DNA of 64,000 nucleotides from Minisyncoccota bacterium (GCA_036405895.1 DASWWS010000002.1:20903-84902), one strand, 5' to 3'. Shown: positions 9,000-21,400, counted from the first letter of the stretch. Notes: a model not told the origin generated them from the letters alone. A program made the numbers and translations.

Positions 9000-10241
9000 T
9001 TATCGCCACTTTGGCTGACTAGAAGTAATACTATTCCACACGGCGCGCATCAGCCAAAACGGCGCAATGACGCTATAGATAAGCATAAAGGAAATAATGT
9101 GCCATGAGAGCTTTTGCTTTGCGATGCGTGAGCCGACAATCATAGAAATAAGTACGAGTGAGTAGAGCACGATGGTTACCATTCCCAATGCCTTGGTGTT
9201 GATATAGAGCCAGTCAAACTCAAACCGCGGAAGCGTGTTCGTAAAGCCGACAATGCTCCATCGCGTCACTGTTTCGGCAATGTATACGATAACATTGTAT
9301 GTTGCAGCAGCAAAAAGGTAGACGGTCGCAGTAATAGAGATTACGCCGGCCGGCACCGTAAAGAGAGAAAAGTTTCCGTACTTTGGGTTAAGGATAAGCC
9401 GGCGGTAGTCGATCGTATTTTGAATAAAGCCGTAGATCCAGCGCAATCGCTGAGTATAGAGCTTTTTCACGGTGTCGGGAGTGACAGTGTACACATACGC
9501 TGTCGGGCAGTGCTCGATTTTCATATGGTTTTCCTGCATGCGATACGCAATCTCCTGGTCTTCGGTGCCGTGCGCTTTTTTAAACTTTCCGATGCGCTCA
9601 AACACTTCGCGGCGAAATACTGAAAACGGCCCCGGCGTTACGTGGATAGCATTCATGAATGCCTGCATTTTTTTCAGGTACACGCTCATGTTGTACTCCA
9701 CCTTCTGCGCCCACTGCAAAATATTTTTCGGGCCGTGCACAATCAATGTTGGCGCCACTGCCATCACGTCGGGGCGGTTGTTGAAAATGCGCACCATATC
9801 AGTGAGTGCGTGAGGCGCGACAAATGAGTCCGCATCCAAACAACCAATAAGGTCCGTCGTTGCCTTATCAATGCCAAAATTCACTGCAACATGCTTCCCG
9901 CCGTTTTCCGTATGGTACAGAGAAATTTGCGGATGCCCCTGATATTTCTGCATCTCTTCCCACGTGTTGTCGGTCGAGCCGTCGTCGATGATGGTGATGA
10001 AAAGTTTTTCTTTCGGATAATCGAGCGCAAGCAAACTCTCAACAGTGCCGTGCACTGTTTTTGATTCGTTCCAGCACGGCATGATGATTGTCACGCTTGG
10101 AAAATGCGTAATAGGCAGGCGCTTGTCGCTGGTCTGTTCGCGAAGGTCCTTGCGGCGCTCAAAAAACGTAATAAGGATGAATACTTGGACATATACCGCC
10201 AAAAACGTAATGGTATACGTAGCAATCGAGGTGATCGACAT
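9000..10241 (-). CDS. processive family-2 glycosyltransferase (cellulose/chitin-synthase-like)
   Basis: 413 aa; GT-A motifs DDGSTD, DAD (LDADS) and QRLRW (QxxRW) plus C-terminal TM helices. Confidence 0.8.
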   Translation of the reverse strand: MSITSIATYTITFLAVYVQVFILITFFERRKDLREQTSDKRLPITHFPSVTIIMPCWNESKTVHGTVESLLALDYPKEKLFITIIDDGSTDNTWEEMQKYQGHPQISLYHTENGGKHVAVNFGIDKATTDLIGCLDADSFVAPHALTDMVRIFNNRPDVMAVAPTLIVHGPKNILQWAQKVEYNMSVYLKKMQAFMNAIHVTPGPFSVFRREVFERIGKFKKAHGTEDQEIAYRMQENHMKIEHCPTAYVYTVTPDTVKKLYTQRLRWIYGFIQNTIDYRRLILNPKYGNFSLFTVPAGVISITATVYLFAAATYNVIVYIAETVTRWSIVGFTNTLPRFEFDWLYINTKALGMVTIVLYSLVLISMIVGSRIAKQKLSWHIISFMLIYSVIAPFWLMRAVWNSITSSQPKWR

Positions 10242-10299
10242 AGTGGGGTAACTATAGCAAAAATAGGCTTATTTTTCAATTCCTTACGTAGATGAAGGA

Positions 10300-11073
10300 A
10301 TGTGCGATATACTTGTGTACATGGAACCACAAAACGAAACACCACAAACAAACAACCCTGAAACAGTATCAAAAAAACCTACATTATCGCTTCCAGCGGC
10401 AGTATTGACCGGTTTTGCACTCATTGCTCTTGCAATCCTTCTCACTGTCCCTGGCCTGAAAAAAGCTGCAGAAGCTCCGGCACCTGCAGCGGGCACCCCT
10501 TCAGAAATGCCTACAAGCATTCCCGCTGAACTTGCAAAAATTCAAGCGGACGACCATGTACAAGGTGACCGTAATGCCGCCGTCATCGTGATCGAATACT
10601 CCGACACAGACTGCCCGTTTTGCGCAAAATTCCACCCTACGCTTAAAAGCGTAGTTGCGGACTATCAGGGAAAAGTTGCATGGGTATACCGCCACTTCCC
10701 GCTCGATATGCACCCGAATGCATACACCGAAGCAATCGCGCTTGAGTGCGCGGCAAAGCTTGGCGGCAATGGCGCGTTTTGGGGGTATCTCGATGAAGTT
10801 GTAGATATCACTCTTGAACCTGACCCAGCAAGCAACAACAAGCTCACTGCAATCGCAACCGATATGGGCATCAATGCAGAGGCGTTCAAGCGATGCTTCG
10901 GCTCTCCTGACGTTATTGCAAGTGTTGACGCAAACATTGCGGAGGCAGGACAAATCGGCGCTCGCGGTACGCCATTCTCTATCGCTGTTAACCAAAAGAC
11001 TGGCAAGCAAGTCATCATCCCGGGCGCATACCCACTTGAGGAGGTAAAGAAAATGATCGACAGCATTCTCTAA
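10300..11073 (+). CDS. DsbA-family thiol:disulfide oxidoreductase (membrane-anchored)
   Basis: CPFC active site, downstream cis-Pro region; TM anchor after Pro/Thr-rich N-terminus; alternative ATG at 10321. Confidence 0.7.
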   Translation: MCDILVYMEPQNETPQTNNPETVSKKPTLSLPAAVLTGFALIALAILLTVPGLKKAAEAPAPAAGTPSEMPTSIPAELAKIQADDHVQGDRNAAVIVIEYSDTDCPFCAKFHPTLKSVVADYQGKVAWVYRHFPLDMHPNAYTEAIALECAAKLGGNGAFWGYLDEVVDITLEPDPASNNKLTAIATDMGINAEAFKRCFGSPDVIASVDANIAEAGQIGARGTPFSIAVNQKTGKQVIIPGAYPLEEVKKMIDSIL

Positions 11074-11390
11074 GAATACTGAGTGAAAATAAAAAAAACC
11101 CCGGTCAGATTGACCGGGGTTTTCATTTGCTGAAATTCATCAGGAGTTTTTTCTCTGCGAACAGTGGTAACCATTGCAAACCACAATAGCGCGAGGGCAA
11201 TGGCTGTCAGGCGCACCGTGATAGATGCGCGCCTTATCCACATTCCCAATAGGGCTGCGTACATATGAGCCGAGAGCGCACACAATACAATAAGGCAGCT
11301 AATAAGAGGGTTTTCAGGAATGTCTGCGCAAATAATCAAGACAAATCCGAGCGCTAAAAAGCGATAGAAACGTTCAACAAGTATTTCCAT
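11070..11390 (-). CDS. hypothetical small membrane protein (about 106 aa from ATG 11390)
   Basis: three predicted TM helices; ORF reads through the 11093-11125 terminator hairpin at its 3' end, so extent is uncertain; track ORF start 11477 would include the rpoD terminator. Confidence 0.3.
   Translation of the reverse strand: MEILVERFYRFLALGFVLIICADIPENPLISCLIVLCALSAHMYAALLGMWIRRASITVRLTAIALALLWFAMVTTVRREKTPDEFQQMKTPVNLTGVFFIFTQYS
11093..11125 (+). terminator. rho-independent terminator after dsbA-like gene (bidirectional)
   Basis: aaaaaaaa-ccccggtcagattgaccgggg-ttttc. Confidence 0.7.
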
Positions 11391-11440
11391 AAGAGGGGCG
11401 ATTTCACAGCACTCTACTCTTCTGCGGATAAAAGTCAATA

Positions 11441-11468
11441 CAAAAAGCCCCGAGCTCGGGGCTTTTTG
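11441..11468 (-). terminator. rho-independent terminator downstream of rpoD (palindromic, bidirectional)
   Basis: aaaagccccgagctcggggcttttt. Confidence 0.7.
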
Positions 11469-11609
11469 TATCCTCACTAAGCGAGAGAAAAATAAGTATA
11501 GTCCTTGAGAACGGTCTAACGCAGGCTGACTGAGCCGAGTTGGAGCAAAATTTCAGCAGAAATTTATGCGTGCCGTTCGAGAGGAGCTATACTTATTTTT
11601 CTTGAGCGC

Positions 11610-12992
11610 TTAATCGAAGTAATTGCGCAGTCGCTGAATGCGGTCGTTCTGGCGAAGCTTTTCGTGCACTTTTGCTTCGATCTGTCGGATGCGTTCGCGA
11701 GTAACACCAAATTCCTTCCCTACCTCTTCCAGCGTGTGCTGCACGCCATCGGTCAATCCGTAGCGCATCTCAAGAATTCTTTTCTCCTTTGGAGAGAGGT
11801 CTTCGAGGACTGCACGAATCGCATCGGTAAGCATGCGGCGAGAGGCTTCCTGGTCGGGGCGAAGGATTTTGTCGTCGGCAATAAATTCACCAAACGTACT
11901 CTTGTCTTCGTCGTCGCCAATCGGCTGCTCAAGCGAGCGGGTTTCTTGGTTGATCTGTTCGATAACATGCACCTTTTCAACTTCGATTCCCATTTCCATT
12001 GCCACTTCTTCAGGCATTGGGTCGCGTCCAAGGTCCTGTGCCAAACGGCGAAGGACTTGCTTGTACTTTGAAATGGTTTCCACCATGTGCACAGGAATAC
12101 GAATAGTGCGAGACTGGTCGGCAAGTGCGCGCGTAATAGACTGGCGAATCCACCATGTCGCATACGTTGAGAACTTGAATCCCTTAGTGTGGTCGAATTT
12201 CTCCACGGCCTTAAAGAGCCCAATGTTCCCTTCTTGAATCAGGTCCAAAAGAGTAAGGTCAGCAGTACGGTTTGCATACTTCTTTGCAATACTTACTACG
12301 AGTCGGAGGTTGGAACGTGCAAGAAGATTCTTTGCTTCGCCGTCGCCCGCTGCAATACGCTTTGCGAGCTCTTTCTCTTGTGCCGCATTAATCAGTGGGT
12401 ACTGCCCGATATCTTTGAGATACATCTGGACCGAGCTAAAGCTGTGCGAATCCTTTGCGTACTTTGAAAGGTCTTCGGTAGCGTCAACGTCAAGAAGGTT
12501 TCCGCCTTCCAATACGTCGATGCCTGCGCCGGAGAACTTTTCATACAATTCATCCAAAAATGAAATATTGTTTTCAATATCGGGGAATGTCTTTAAAATT
12601 TCGTCGTACGTGATAAAGCCACGCTTCTTCCCTTTCTGAATCAGCTCATCGCTCTTTACTTCCAATTCCTTCAATTTCTTTTCAGTATTGGTTTCTCGGC
12701 GAGGAGTGCTTCCTGGGTGGCGAATAGTAATTGGCCGCGGCTTTGCGCGTTCTGCTGTTGATTCTGTTTTCTTCACTACTGCTTTGGCAGGAGCTGCTTT
12801 CTTTACGACTTTCTTTGGTGCAACTGTTGCAGGTTTCTTTACTGCTTTCTTTGCGGGTGCCTTGGAGGGGACTTTCTTGACTGGTGCAGCTTTTTTTACT
12901 GCTACCTTCTTTTTTGCTGGCGCCGGAGCGCTTTTTTTGAGTGCCTTCTTTGGTTGTACTTTTGCCTTTGGGGCTGGTTTCTTATTTGGCAT
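11610..12992 (-). CDS. rpoD: RNA polymerase primary sigma factor (sigma70) with about 100 aa Lys/Ala/Pro-rich N-terminal tail
   Basis: regions 1.2-4 recognisable ([52 protein letters not shown]); classical dnaG-rpoD arrangement. Confidence 0.9.
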   Translation of the reverse strand: MPNKKPAPKAKVQPKKALKKSAPAPAKKKVAVKKAAPVKKVPSKAPAKKAVKKPATVAPKKVVKKAAPAKAVVKKTESTAERAKPRPITIRHPGSTPRRETNTEKKLKELEVKSDELIQKGKKRGFITYDEILKTFPDIENNISFLDELYEKFSGAGIDVLEGGNLLDVDATEDLSKYAKDSHSFSSVQMYLKDIGQYPLINAAQEKELAKRIAAGDGEAKNLLARSNLRLVVSIAKKYANRTADLTLLDLIQEGNIGLFKAVEKFDHTKGFKFSTYATWWIRQSITRALADQSRTIRIPVHMVETISKYKQVLRRLAQDLGRDPMPEEVAMEMGIEVEKVHVIEQINQETRSLEQPIGDDEDKSTFGEFIADDKILRPDQEASRRMLTDAIRAVLEDLSPKEKRILEMRYGLTDGVQHTLEEVGKEFGVTRERIRQIEAKVHEKLRQNDRIQRLRNYFD

Positions 12993-13041
12993 AAAATGAG
13001 TGCATAGCTATCATCAGGGAAATGGGGGTAAAAGTCAACTC

Positions 13042-14754
13042 TTACCCTCCCTGACGACGCTGGTTAATGGTTTGCAGCAGTGCGAGATATTTCAGTTCTG
13101 TTTCTTCATCCCCTGCTTGCTTGGCGGCTGCCATGTTCATCGAATAGTTGAATTTAAGCTCAGCGAGAAACTGCATAATGATTGTCTCGACAAGTTCTCT
13201 CGCAACCGCTGCTCGGTCTTCGGTTGAAAACGATTGGTACTGGCTTTCGATAAGGGCGAGAATACTGTCGCGGTTTTCGATAAGCGGCGGCACCGTAATC
13301 ACGCTTTCGTTAAAGACGAACGACTCGAGGGCTTTTTTACTTTCACTTGTTTCGGCGGGGTACAGCTCGCACAGTGCGGCAAAGCGCTCAAGGTGTGTTG
13401 CTGATACAGCCCGCGCAGTTGGTGCCGGAGCATTGGGGTGAACAGTGGCTTGCTCACGCACAAATGCATTGTAGTCTTCGTGCACCACGCTCACACCCAG
13501 GCTGCTTTCGCGTGCAATTGAGTCGAGGTAGCTTTGGCGCTCGATTGCCGAAGAGACCCGCAACAAAAATGGAAAGAGCTTTTCGCGAATCAAGAGCTTC
13601 AGCCCATGTGCAGTTGGTGAAGATGCTTGTATTGCATGAAGCGTGTGCAGTATGTAGTGCTCGCTTTCTTTCAAGCGCTCTTTCCATGCGTCTGCGCCCT
13701 CTTTGAGAATATAGTCGGCCGGGTCAACGCCTTGTGGAAGTGCGACCACCTTTGGGTTCATTCCTAATGTTAGGGCCACCAGCGCCGCTCGCGCAAGCGC
13801 TTTCTCCCCTGCCTGGTCTCCGTCAAATGCCAAAAACAAGTTGGGCGTGAGGCGTGAAAGAACGACAAGCTGTGCTCCCATATCGGTTGCAGACTGCTCG
13901 GATACTGCCGTACCGCTCGTTGCAACAGTGTTCTTGAATCCTGCTTGATGAGAGAGCACTAAGTCCATCTGCCCTTCTACCATGATGGCAAAATTGTGCT
14001 TGCGAATAGCCTGCTTTGCCTTGTCGAATCCGAACAATATGCGCGACTTTTGAAACACTTCCGTTTCTGGAGAGTTCAAATATTTGGGCCCCTCCGCCGC
14101 TGTTGAACCTTCTGGCGGAAAAATGCGGCCGGAAAATCCGACGATGCGCCCGCTTGAGTCCGAAAGCGGAAACATAATCCGCCCGCGAAAACGGTCGTAG
14201 TATCCCTTCTCTGTTTTTTTGGAAAGCCCAGCGCGCTCAAGGATTTGCCCGTCGCCGATCGATGCAGTGCCGCTTAAGTACCGCCACTCATTCGGCGCGT
14301 AGCCAATGCGGAATGCCGAAATAGTTTCTTCAGTGATGCCTCGAGCTTTGAGGTATTCGAGCGCTTCTGTGTTTTTAAGAAGCTCGCTTTCGTAGCGCAC
14401 GGACGCGTCATCAAGCGACTTGTAGATGCGGTCGGTCTCATCCACTTCGTCCGCCGTTTTAGAGGTGTATGCAGAAAGCACTATACCCGCCCTGTCGGCG
14501 AGTATTTTGAGTGCCCCTTTGAAGTCTACTCCTTCGAACTCTTGCACAAAGTTGACGATGTCTCCTTTTGCGCTGCATCCAAAGCAGTAGTATAGCCCTC
14601 GCTCCGGCGAGATTGAAAACGATGCGGTCTTTTCATTATGAAACGGACACTTCGCTTTAAATTGTGCTCCTGCCGGAATAAGTGTGATATAGGACGCGAG
14701 AACTTCTGCAATAGGCAACCGACTTTTTATTTGTTCGATCACCGAGTTGTTCAT
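13042..14754 (-). CDS. dnaG: DNA primase
   Basis: CHC2 zinc finger CPFHNEKTASFSISPERGLYYCFGCSAKGD, TOPRIM core (EGQMD, DGDQAG). Confidence 0.9.
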   Translation of the reverse strand: MNNSVIEQIKSRLPIAEVLASYITLIPAGAQFKAKCPFHNEKTASFSISPERGLYYCFGCSAKGDIVNFVQEFEGVDFKGALKILADRAGIVLSAYTSKTADEVDETDRIYKSLDDASVRYESELLKNTEALEYLKARGITEETISAFRIGYAPNEWRYLSGTASIGDGQILERAGLSKKTEKGYYDRFRGRIMFPLSDSSGRIVGFSGRIFPPEGSTAAEGPKYLNSPETEVFQKSRILFGFDKAKQAIRKHNFAIMVEGQMDLVLSHQAGFKNTVATSGTAVSEQSATDMGAQLVVLSRLTPNLFLAFDGDQAGEKALARAALVALTLGMNPKVVALPQGVDPADYILKEGADAWKERLKESEHYILHTLHAIQASSPTAHGLKLLIREKLFPFLLRVSSAIERQSYLDSIARESSLGVSVVHEDYNAFVREQATVHPNAPAPTARAVSATHLERFAALCELYPAETSESKKALESFVFNESVITVPPLIENRDSILALIESQYQSFSTEDRAAVARELVETIIMQFLAELKFNYSMNMAAAKQAGDEETELKYLALLQTINQRRQGG

Positions 14755-14760
14755 TGCGCT

Positions 14761-17700
14761 TTATTCTTCGATTGGCTTGTTATTGTTGATGTTGAGCGCA
14801 CTTCGGTTTGCACGGAAGCCGGTACCAGCTGGAATCAATCGTCCAACGGTCACGTTTTCTTTGAGTCCTCGAAGCGTATCCACTCCGCCCTTCACTGCGT
14901 TTGCGATCAATACGCGGTTGGTGTTTTGGAATGAAGCAGCTGAGATCCATGACTTTGCGTGAAGCGCAGTCTGCGTGATACCAAGGATGATAAGGTCACC
15001 CTTTGCTTCGCGAGCATCTGCTCCGCGCATGCGGTTGTTCTCTTCCATGAGTTCAGTCATTTCAACTGTTTCTCCTGGAGAGAATGATGAGTCTCCTGCT
15101 TCCTTAATCTTTCGGCGTGAGAACATTTGGCGCACGATGATTTCCAAGTGCTTGCGGGCAATAGATGCACCTTGGAGTTCGTACACCTTGTTGATTTCGC
15201 GGATGATGTAGTCTTCTGCCACGTCACGTCCAGCAAAGTCGTAGATATCGTCGATGTTTGCAGATCCGTCGGTAAGGAGTTCTCCCTTCACAACGTCCTG
15301 TCCAACTTTGACGATAGCGACACGGCGAGCTGACACAGTGTAGTCAACAGAATCCTTCTTCGCATCCCCTGACTTATCAGAGAGAACGGTGATGATTTTT
15401 TCACTGCCGTTTTCTTTGATTTCGGAAACAGTACCGGAGTACTTGTTCACCGCAGCCGGGTTTTTGATTGTTCGGCATTCGAACACTTCTTCAACACGAG
15501 GGAGACCCTGCGTGATGTCGATACCCGCCACACCGCCGGCGTGGAAGGTTCGCAGCGTTAGCTGCGTACCTGGTTCACCAATCGCCTGCGCTGCAACAAT
15601 ACCGACTGATTCGCCGATAGCAACGAGGTGGTTGCGTCCAAGGTCAAGACCGTAACACTGGCGGCAAATACCGTAGATAGTCTTACACACGCTTGGTGTG
15701 CGAACCGCTACTGCTTCAACGCCCTTTGCTTCGATCAATGCAACATCGTCCTTTCCAAGCAAGTGTCCGCGCTTGAAGAGTGTTGTTCCGTCAGGAGCAA
15801 CAACTTCTTTTGCAACGATACGTCCGCGGATGCTTTTCGCAAGAGGGATTTCAAATCCTGAAAGGATTTCTTTTGTCATAGTCTTGGAAGCTTTCGTTCC
15901 GCAGTCTTCTTCGGTGATCACCACGTCCTGAGCCACGTCAACCAATCGGCGTGTGAGGTATCCGGCACGAGCGGTGTTGAGTGCCGTGTCGGCAAGACCC
16001 TTACGAGAACCGTGAGTGGTAATGAAGTATTCAAGTGGTGAGAGACCTTCCTTGTAAGAAGTGATAATCGGGAAGTCGATAGTGCGACCGGTAGTGTTCT
16101 GAATGAACCCTTTCATACCCACCATCTGAGACACCTGCGCCATAGAACCGCGGGCACCAGAGGTTACAAGGTCGCTTGCTGAGCCGTGCTTTTCGAGTGT
16201 TGCAGGAAGGAGCTTTTCAAGTTCGCTCTTTGCTTTGTTCCAAAGAGTGATTGTCTTTTCGTAGAGCTCTTCTTTTGAAAGAAGCCCTTCTTCGTACTGC
16301 ATTTTGATTTCGTCATCGAGCTTGCGGTACTGCGCTACGAGAGCCGGCTTTTCTTTTGGTGCAACGACGTTATCAATACCCCAGGTAGTACCAGAGCGCG
16401 TAGCGTATTTGTACCCGAAAGATTTGATGCGGTCGAGAATCGGTGCGACTTCAGTCACGCCGTACTTTGCAATCAATTCGTCCATGATAGACCCCATTTT
16501 CTTGGTAGTCATTTCTTCGTTGATGTAGCCAAAGTCAGCAGGCAAGATTGCATTGAACATGAGTCGTCCGATAGTTGTTTCAAACGGCTTGTTGTCAAAT
16601 GCTGCGTACTTTTTGTTTGCCGTTCCAAGCACGTTGATGCGCGCGCGGAATGACACAATGTCAAAGTCGCCCGCAGTGATTGCTTCGTTAGGGCTGCCGA
16701 AGTATTTCCCTTCGCCCTTTGCACCTTCTACCAATGAGGTTGCCCAGAAGCAGCCGAGCACGATGTCGAGCTTGTTTACCGCAACGATTGGGTCACCGTT
16801 TTGTGGCTTGAGGATGTTCTTGTCGGCTGCAATAAGAGTGCGCGCTTCTTCCTGAGCAGTGTCAGAAAGCGGAAGGTATACACCCATCTGGTCACCGTCG
16901 AAGTCGGCGTTGAAAGCCGGACACACGAGCGGGTGCACCTGAATAGCGTTGCCTTCGATCAATACCGGCATGAACGCCTGAATACCGAGTCGGTGAAGCG
17001 TTGGCGCACGGTTCAAAAGAACGTGTTTGCCCTTAATCACCTCTTCGAGGATTGCCCATACTTCCGGAATGCGCTCTTCAATGAGCTTGTTTGCTCCGCG
17101 GATGTTGTATGCGAGTTCGCGTTCAATCACTTTAGAGATAACAAACGGACGGAAGAGTTCAAGCGCCATATGCTTTGGAAGTCCGCACTGGTTGAGGCGA
17201 AGCGTTGGCCCCACGACAATAACAGATCGAGCAGAGTAGTCTACGCGCTTACCAAGCAAGTTCTGGCGGAAGAGACCCTGTTTTGATTTAAGGTTGTCTG
17301 AAAGAGATTTCAGTGCACGGCGCTGAGCAGATGCCATAGCCGGTGCGTCTGATCCTGCAATAGAGTTGTCGATGAGTGCATCAACCGCTTCTTGCAAGAT
17401 ACGCTTTTCATTTCGGAGGATCACATCAGGCGCGCCGATTTCCTTCAATTTCTTGAGACGGTTGTTTCGGTTGATTACGCGGCGGTACAGGTCGTTGATG
17501 TCAGAAGTCGCATGACGACCTCCTTCAAGCGCAACCATTGGGCGAATAGCCGGAGGAATAACAGGAATCGCTTCGAGGAACATCCATTCAGGGCGAATGT
17601 TTGCGTAAATCATAGAGCGGATAAGCGCGAGACGCTTGTGGAGCTTTTCGCGTTCAGCAGCACCTGCTTTTTCAAGAAGTTTTTCAGTTGCTTCCTTGAG

Positions 17701-18387
17701 TTTTGGAAGGTCGATATCTTTAAAGAGTGCAAAGATTGCTTCAGCTCCAATGCCCGCTTCAAAAGCAGAACCGTACTTGAGTGAGTAGTGGTGGTATGCA
17801 AGTTCAGTAAGCACCTTACCAACGCGAAGTTCGGCAATTTCTTTCTTTGTGTTTGTCAGAAGTGTGCGAAGCTTTTCGCGAGTCTCTTCATCAGCCGCGC
17901 CTTTGAGCTTGTTTTTGAATTCAGCATCAAGGTCGGTGATAATGCGAGCGCGTTCTTCTTCGTGCATTACAGTCACGATATATCCTGCAAAGTACACTAC
18001 CTTTTCAAGGTCAGAGAGCGATACTCCAAGAAGTGTGGACATACGGCTTGGTACTCCGCGCAAGAACCAGATGTGCGCAACCGGGCTTGCAAGCTCGATG
18101 TGGCCCATGCGGTCGCGGCGAACAATAGACTGCGTTACTTCAACGCCACACTTTTCGCAGATAATCCCTGCGTAGCGAATGCGCTTGTATTTTCCACAGT
18201 AACATTCGTAATCCTTTTCAGGTCCGAAGATGCGCTCATCAAAGAGCCCGCCTCGTTCGCTTCGTCCGGTACGGTAGTTGATAGTTTCAGGCTTGGTAAC
18301 TTCGCCGAAAGACCATTCGCGAATGCGCTCTGGGCTTGCGAGCTTGAGAGAGATTTGATCAAAATTTGTTGTGTCGAGTGTTTTCAT
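14761..18387 (-). CDS. rpoC: DNA-directed RNA polymerase subunit beta'
   Basis: 1208 aa; zinc-binding CxxC..CxxC N-terminus, NADFDGDQM catalytic loop. Confidence 0.95.
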   Translation of the reverse strand: MKTLDTTNFDQISLKLASPERIREWSFGEVTKPETINYRTGRSERGGLFDERIFGPEKDYECYCGKYKRIRYAGIICEKCGVEVTQSIVRRDRMGHIELASPVAHIWFLRGVPSRMSTLLGVSLSDLEKVVYFAGYIVTVMHEEERARIITDLDAEFKNKLKGAADEETREKLRTLLTNTKKEIAELRVGKVLTELAYHHYSLKYGSAFEAGIGAEAIFALFKDIDLPKLKEATEKLLEKAGAAEREKLHKRLALIRSMIYANIRPEWMFLEAIPVIPPAIRPMVALEGGRHATSDINDLYRRVINRNNRLKKLKEIGAPDVILRNEKRILQEAVDALIDNSIAGSDAPAMASAQRRALKSLSDNLKSKQGLFRQNLLGKRVDYSARSVIVVGPTLRLNQCGLPKHMALELFRPFVISKVIERELAYNIRGANKLIEERIPEVWAILEEVIKGKHVLLNRAPTLHRLGIQAFMPVLIEGNAIQVHPLVCPAFNADFDGDQMGVYLPLSDTAQEEARTLIAADKNILKPQNGDPIVAVNKLDIVLGCFWATSLVEGAKGEGKYFGSPNEAITAGDFDIVSFRARINVLGTANKKYAAFDNKPFETTIGRLMFNAILPADFGYINEEMTTKKMGSIMDELIAKYGVTEVAPILDRIKSFGYKYATRSGTTWGIDNVVAPKEKPALVAQYRKLDDEIKMQYEEGLLSKEELYEKTITLWNKAKSELEKLLPATLEKHGSASDLVTSGARGSMAQVSQMVGMKGFIQNTTGRTIDFPIITSYKEGLSPLEYFITTHGSRKGLADTALNTARAGYLTRRLVDVAQDVVITEEDCGTKASKTMTKEILSGFEIPLAKSIRGRIVAKEVVAPDGTTLFKRGHLLGKDDVALIEAKGVEAVAVRTPSVCKTIYGICRQCYGLDLGRNHLVAIGESVGIVAAQAIGEPGTQLTLRTFHAGGVAGIDITQGLPRVEEVFECRTIKNPAAVNKYSGTVSEIKENGSEKIITVLSDKSGDAKKDSVDYTVSARRVAIVKVGQDVVKGELLTDGSANIDDIYDFAGRDVAEDYIIREINKVYELQGASIARKHLEIIVRQMFSRRKIKEAGDSSFSPGETVEMTELMEENNRMRGADAREAKGDLIILGITQTALHAKSWISAASFQNTNRVLIANAVKGGVDTLRGLKENVTVGRLIPAGTGFRANRSALNINNNKPIEE

Positions 18388-18406
18388 ATATGTGTGTGAG
18401 AGGATA

Positions 18407-21400
18407 TTACGCTTCTACTTCTTCGCTGTCTGCTTCGACTACGAGAGGTTTGCTTTGCACCAGTTCGACATCCAGTGACAATCCGCGGAGATAGTTCAAC
18501 ATCACAGAGAATGATGCAGGAACATTCGGTTCCCCGATCGGCTCGTTTTTGATAATAGAGTCGAATGTTGCGGCACGTCCGCGAATATCATCAGACTTGA
18601 TTGTGAGCATTTCGCGAAGGGTGTGCGATGCACCGTATCCTTCAAGCGCCCAGACCTCCATTTCACCAAAACGCTGACCTCCACCTTGTGCTTTACCACC
18701 AAGCGGCTGCTGCGTAATGAGAGAGTACGGCCCGATGGAACGCATGTGAATCTTGTCTTCCACCATGTGGTGAAGTTTCAAGATGTACATGTATCCGACA
18801 GCGATATCGCTTTCGAATTTGTCTCCTGTTCGTCCGTCAAAGAGTGGGATGCGTCCGTTCGATGGAAGTCCTGCTTTCACAAGTTCTTCCTTGATTTCAG
18901 CATCAGTTGCCCCCGCAAACGGAGGAACGATAGCCTGGTAGCCAAGCTCTGCAGCTGCCATACCCAAGTGAAGCTCAAGAATCTGTCCGAGGTTCATACG
19001 TGATGGCACACCAAGTGGTGTGAGTACTACGTCAACCGGTCGGCCGTCTGCCGTGTATGGCATGTCTTCTTCAGGAAGGATAACAGAGATAACACCCTTG
19101 TTACCGTGGCGACCCGCGAGCTTGTCACCCACTGAAATGTTTCGAAGCTGTGCAACTTCGATAACGATTTTTTTGATCACACCGCTTTCAAGCGTGTGTC
19201 CTTGGTCGCGTGAGAATACCTTAACGCGAATAATGCGTCCGCGCTTGCCGTGATCCATCTTCAAAGATGTGTCTTTCACGTCGCGCGCCTTTTCAGCAAA
19301 GATTGAGCGAAGGAGGCGCTCTTCAGGAGTAAGCTCAGTTTCACCCTTTGGAGTGATTTTACCCACCAAGATGTCGCCTTCCTTTACTTCAGCACCGACG
19401 CGGATAATACCGTCTTCGTCGAGGTCTTTAAGGCGTCCTTCACCAACGTTCGGGATATCGCGAGTAGTGATTTCGGGCCCAAGCTTTGTGTCGCGCACCA
19501 CTGAAACGAATTCAGCAATGTACATAGAGGTGAACTTTGAATCTTTCACGAGTCGCTCTGAAAGAATGATCGCGTCTTCGAAGTTTGCACCGTTCCATGA
19601 CATAAACGCTACCATCATGTTGTGTCCGAGTGAGATTTGTCCGCGGTCAGTAGTAGAAGTGTCGGCCAAGAGGTCGCCCTTCTTTACTTTCGCTCCAGGA
19701 GAAACAACCGGGCGCTGGTGGAATGCACCGAAGTTGTTGTTGCGCTGGAAAGAGACAAGGTTGTAAGTGTGGTCTTTGTTCTTTTCGTTTCGGATTACCA
19801 CTTTAGACGCGTCTACTGCAATCACTTCGCCCGCTTCTTCAGCGATAACGAGGCGGCCTGAGTACGGAGCAGCGCTTTCTTCAACACCGGTCGCAACAAA
19901 TGGTGCTTCTGGGCGGATAAGCGGCACTGCCTGCTTCTGCATGTTTGATCCCATCAATGCGCGGTTCGCATCGTTGTGTTCAAGAAACGGCACCATAGAA
20001 GTCGCAAGAGAGAATGCCTGGTTAGGCGCAACATCAATGAAGTTTACTTCTTTCTTTGCAACAATCCCTGGGCTTCGGTGAATGCGAGCTTCAACGCGCT
20101 CTTCAAGGTTGCCCTTGTCATCGTATTTGTTTCCAGCATGAGCAATGATGCACTTTTCTTCTTCAGCAGCATTGAGATATGCAATTTCTCCAGTGATCTT
20201 GCCGTCTTTCACGCGAACATACGGAGTTTCGATAATACCAAACTCGTTAACGCGAGCGTAGATAGCCAAGCGAAGGATCAAACCGATGTTCGGACCTTCA
20301 GGAGTGTGGATAGGACACACGCGGCCGTAGTGAGAAGGGTGCACGTCGCGCACTTCAAGCGTTGCGCGTTCTCGTGAGAGACCGCCGGGCCCAAGCGCCG
20401 AAAGAGTACGCAGCTCTTCAAGTTCTGAGAGCACGTTTTCCTGGAGCATGAACTGCGAGAGCTGGTTGGTCGTAAAGAATTCCTTGATACGAGCCTGAAG
20501 CGGGCGCTGGTTTACCACCTGGATAGGGAGCGCGTTTGCAGAGTCGATAGTACTCATGCGGTCCTGCACGTTTCGCTTGATCTGAGTAAGACCAACGAAG
20601 ATTTTCTGCTGGAGCATTTCGCCCACAAAGCGAACTCGGCGGGAAGCAAGGTCATCAATATCGTCAGCATGACTTCCTGGTGTGGTGTTCAATTTTACGA
20701 TGTGGTCGATGATGTGGCAGATGTCAGACGCTGAAAGGGTCTTTCTCTCCATTTCTTTTGCACTTGAATCAAGTTCAAAGCGGTTGTTGAATCGGAAGCG
20801 GCCCACAGAAGAAAGGTCGTAGCGCTCTTCAGAGAAGAGGTTGTTGACGAATTCTCGTGCGTTGTCTGCAGTTGCCAAGTCACCGTCGCGGAGCTTACGG
20901 TAGATTTCAACCAATGCTTCATCAGTTGTCTTTGCAGGATCTTTTTCCAAAGAGTGCTCGATCATTTTCAAAGACGCTTCGTTTTTGAAGTGCTTTTTGA
21001 TTTCAGCATCTTCGTTGAGGCCCATTGCGCGCAACAGTGAAGTGATCGGGAACTTTCGCTTCTTGTCGATACGCACGTACACGGTGCCGTCTGGGTCGCT
21101 TTCGATTTCAATCCATACGCCGCGGTTTGGGATGATTTTTGCACCGAAAAAGCGCTTGCCTTTTACTTCAAGCTCAGTGAAAAATACACCAGAAGAACGA
21201 GAGAGCTGCGGAATGATAGAACGTTCAACACCGTTGATGATGAATGTTCCGTGGCCGGTCATCACTGGGATGTCCGCCATAAAAATTTCCTGCTCCTTGT
21301 CGGTGCCGGTTTGTTTGTTGGTGAGGCGAACGCGAGCCTTCAGCTGTGTTTCAAGCGAGAGCTTGTTCTCCTTTGCATAGTGTTCGTCGAACTTTGGTTC

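Noticed and set aside
14975-21380. Numerous 60-200 aa ORFs antisense or out of frame within rpoB/rpoC (and similarly inside tgt, groEL, gajA, GT4 gene)
   Set aside because: Embedded in strongly conserved long CDSs, low-complexity translations, no RBS; typical shadow ORFs of GC-biased coding sequence.
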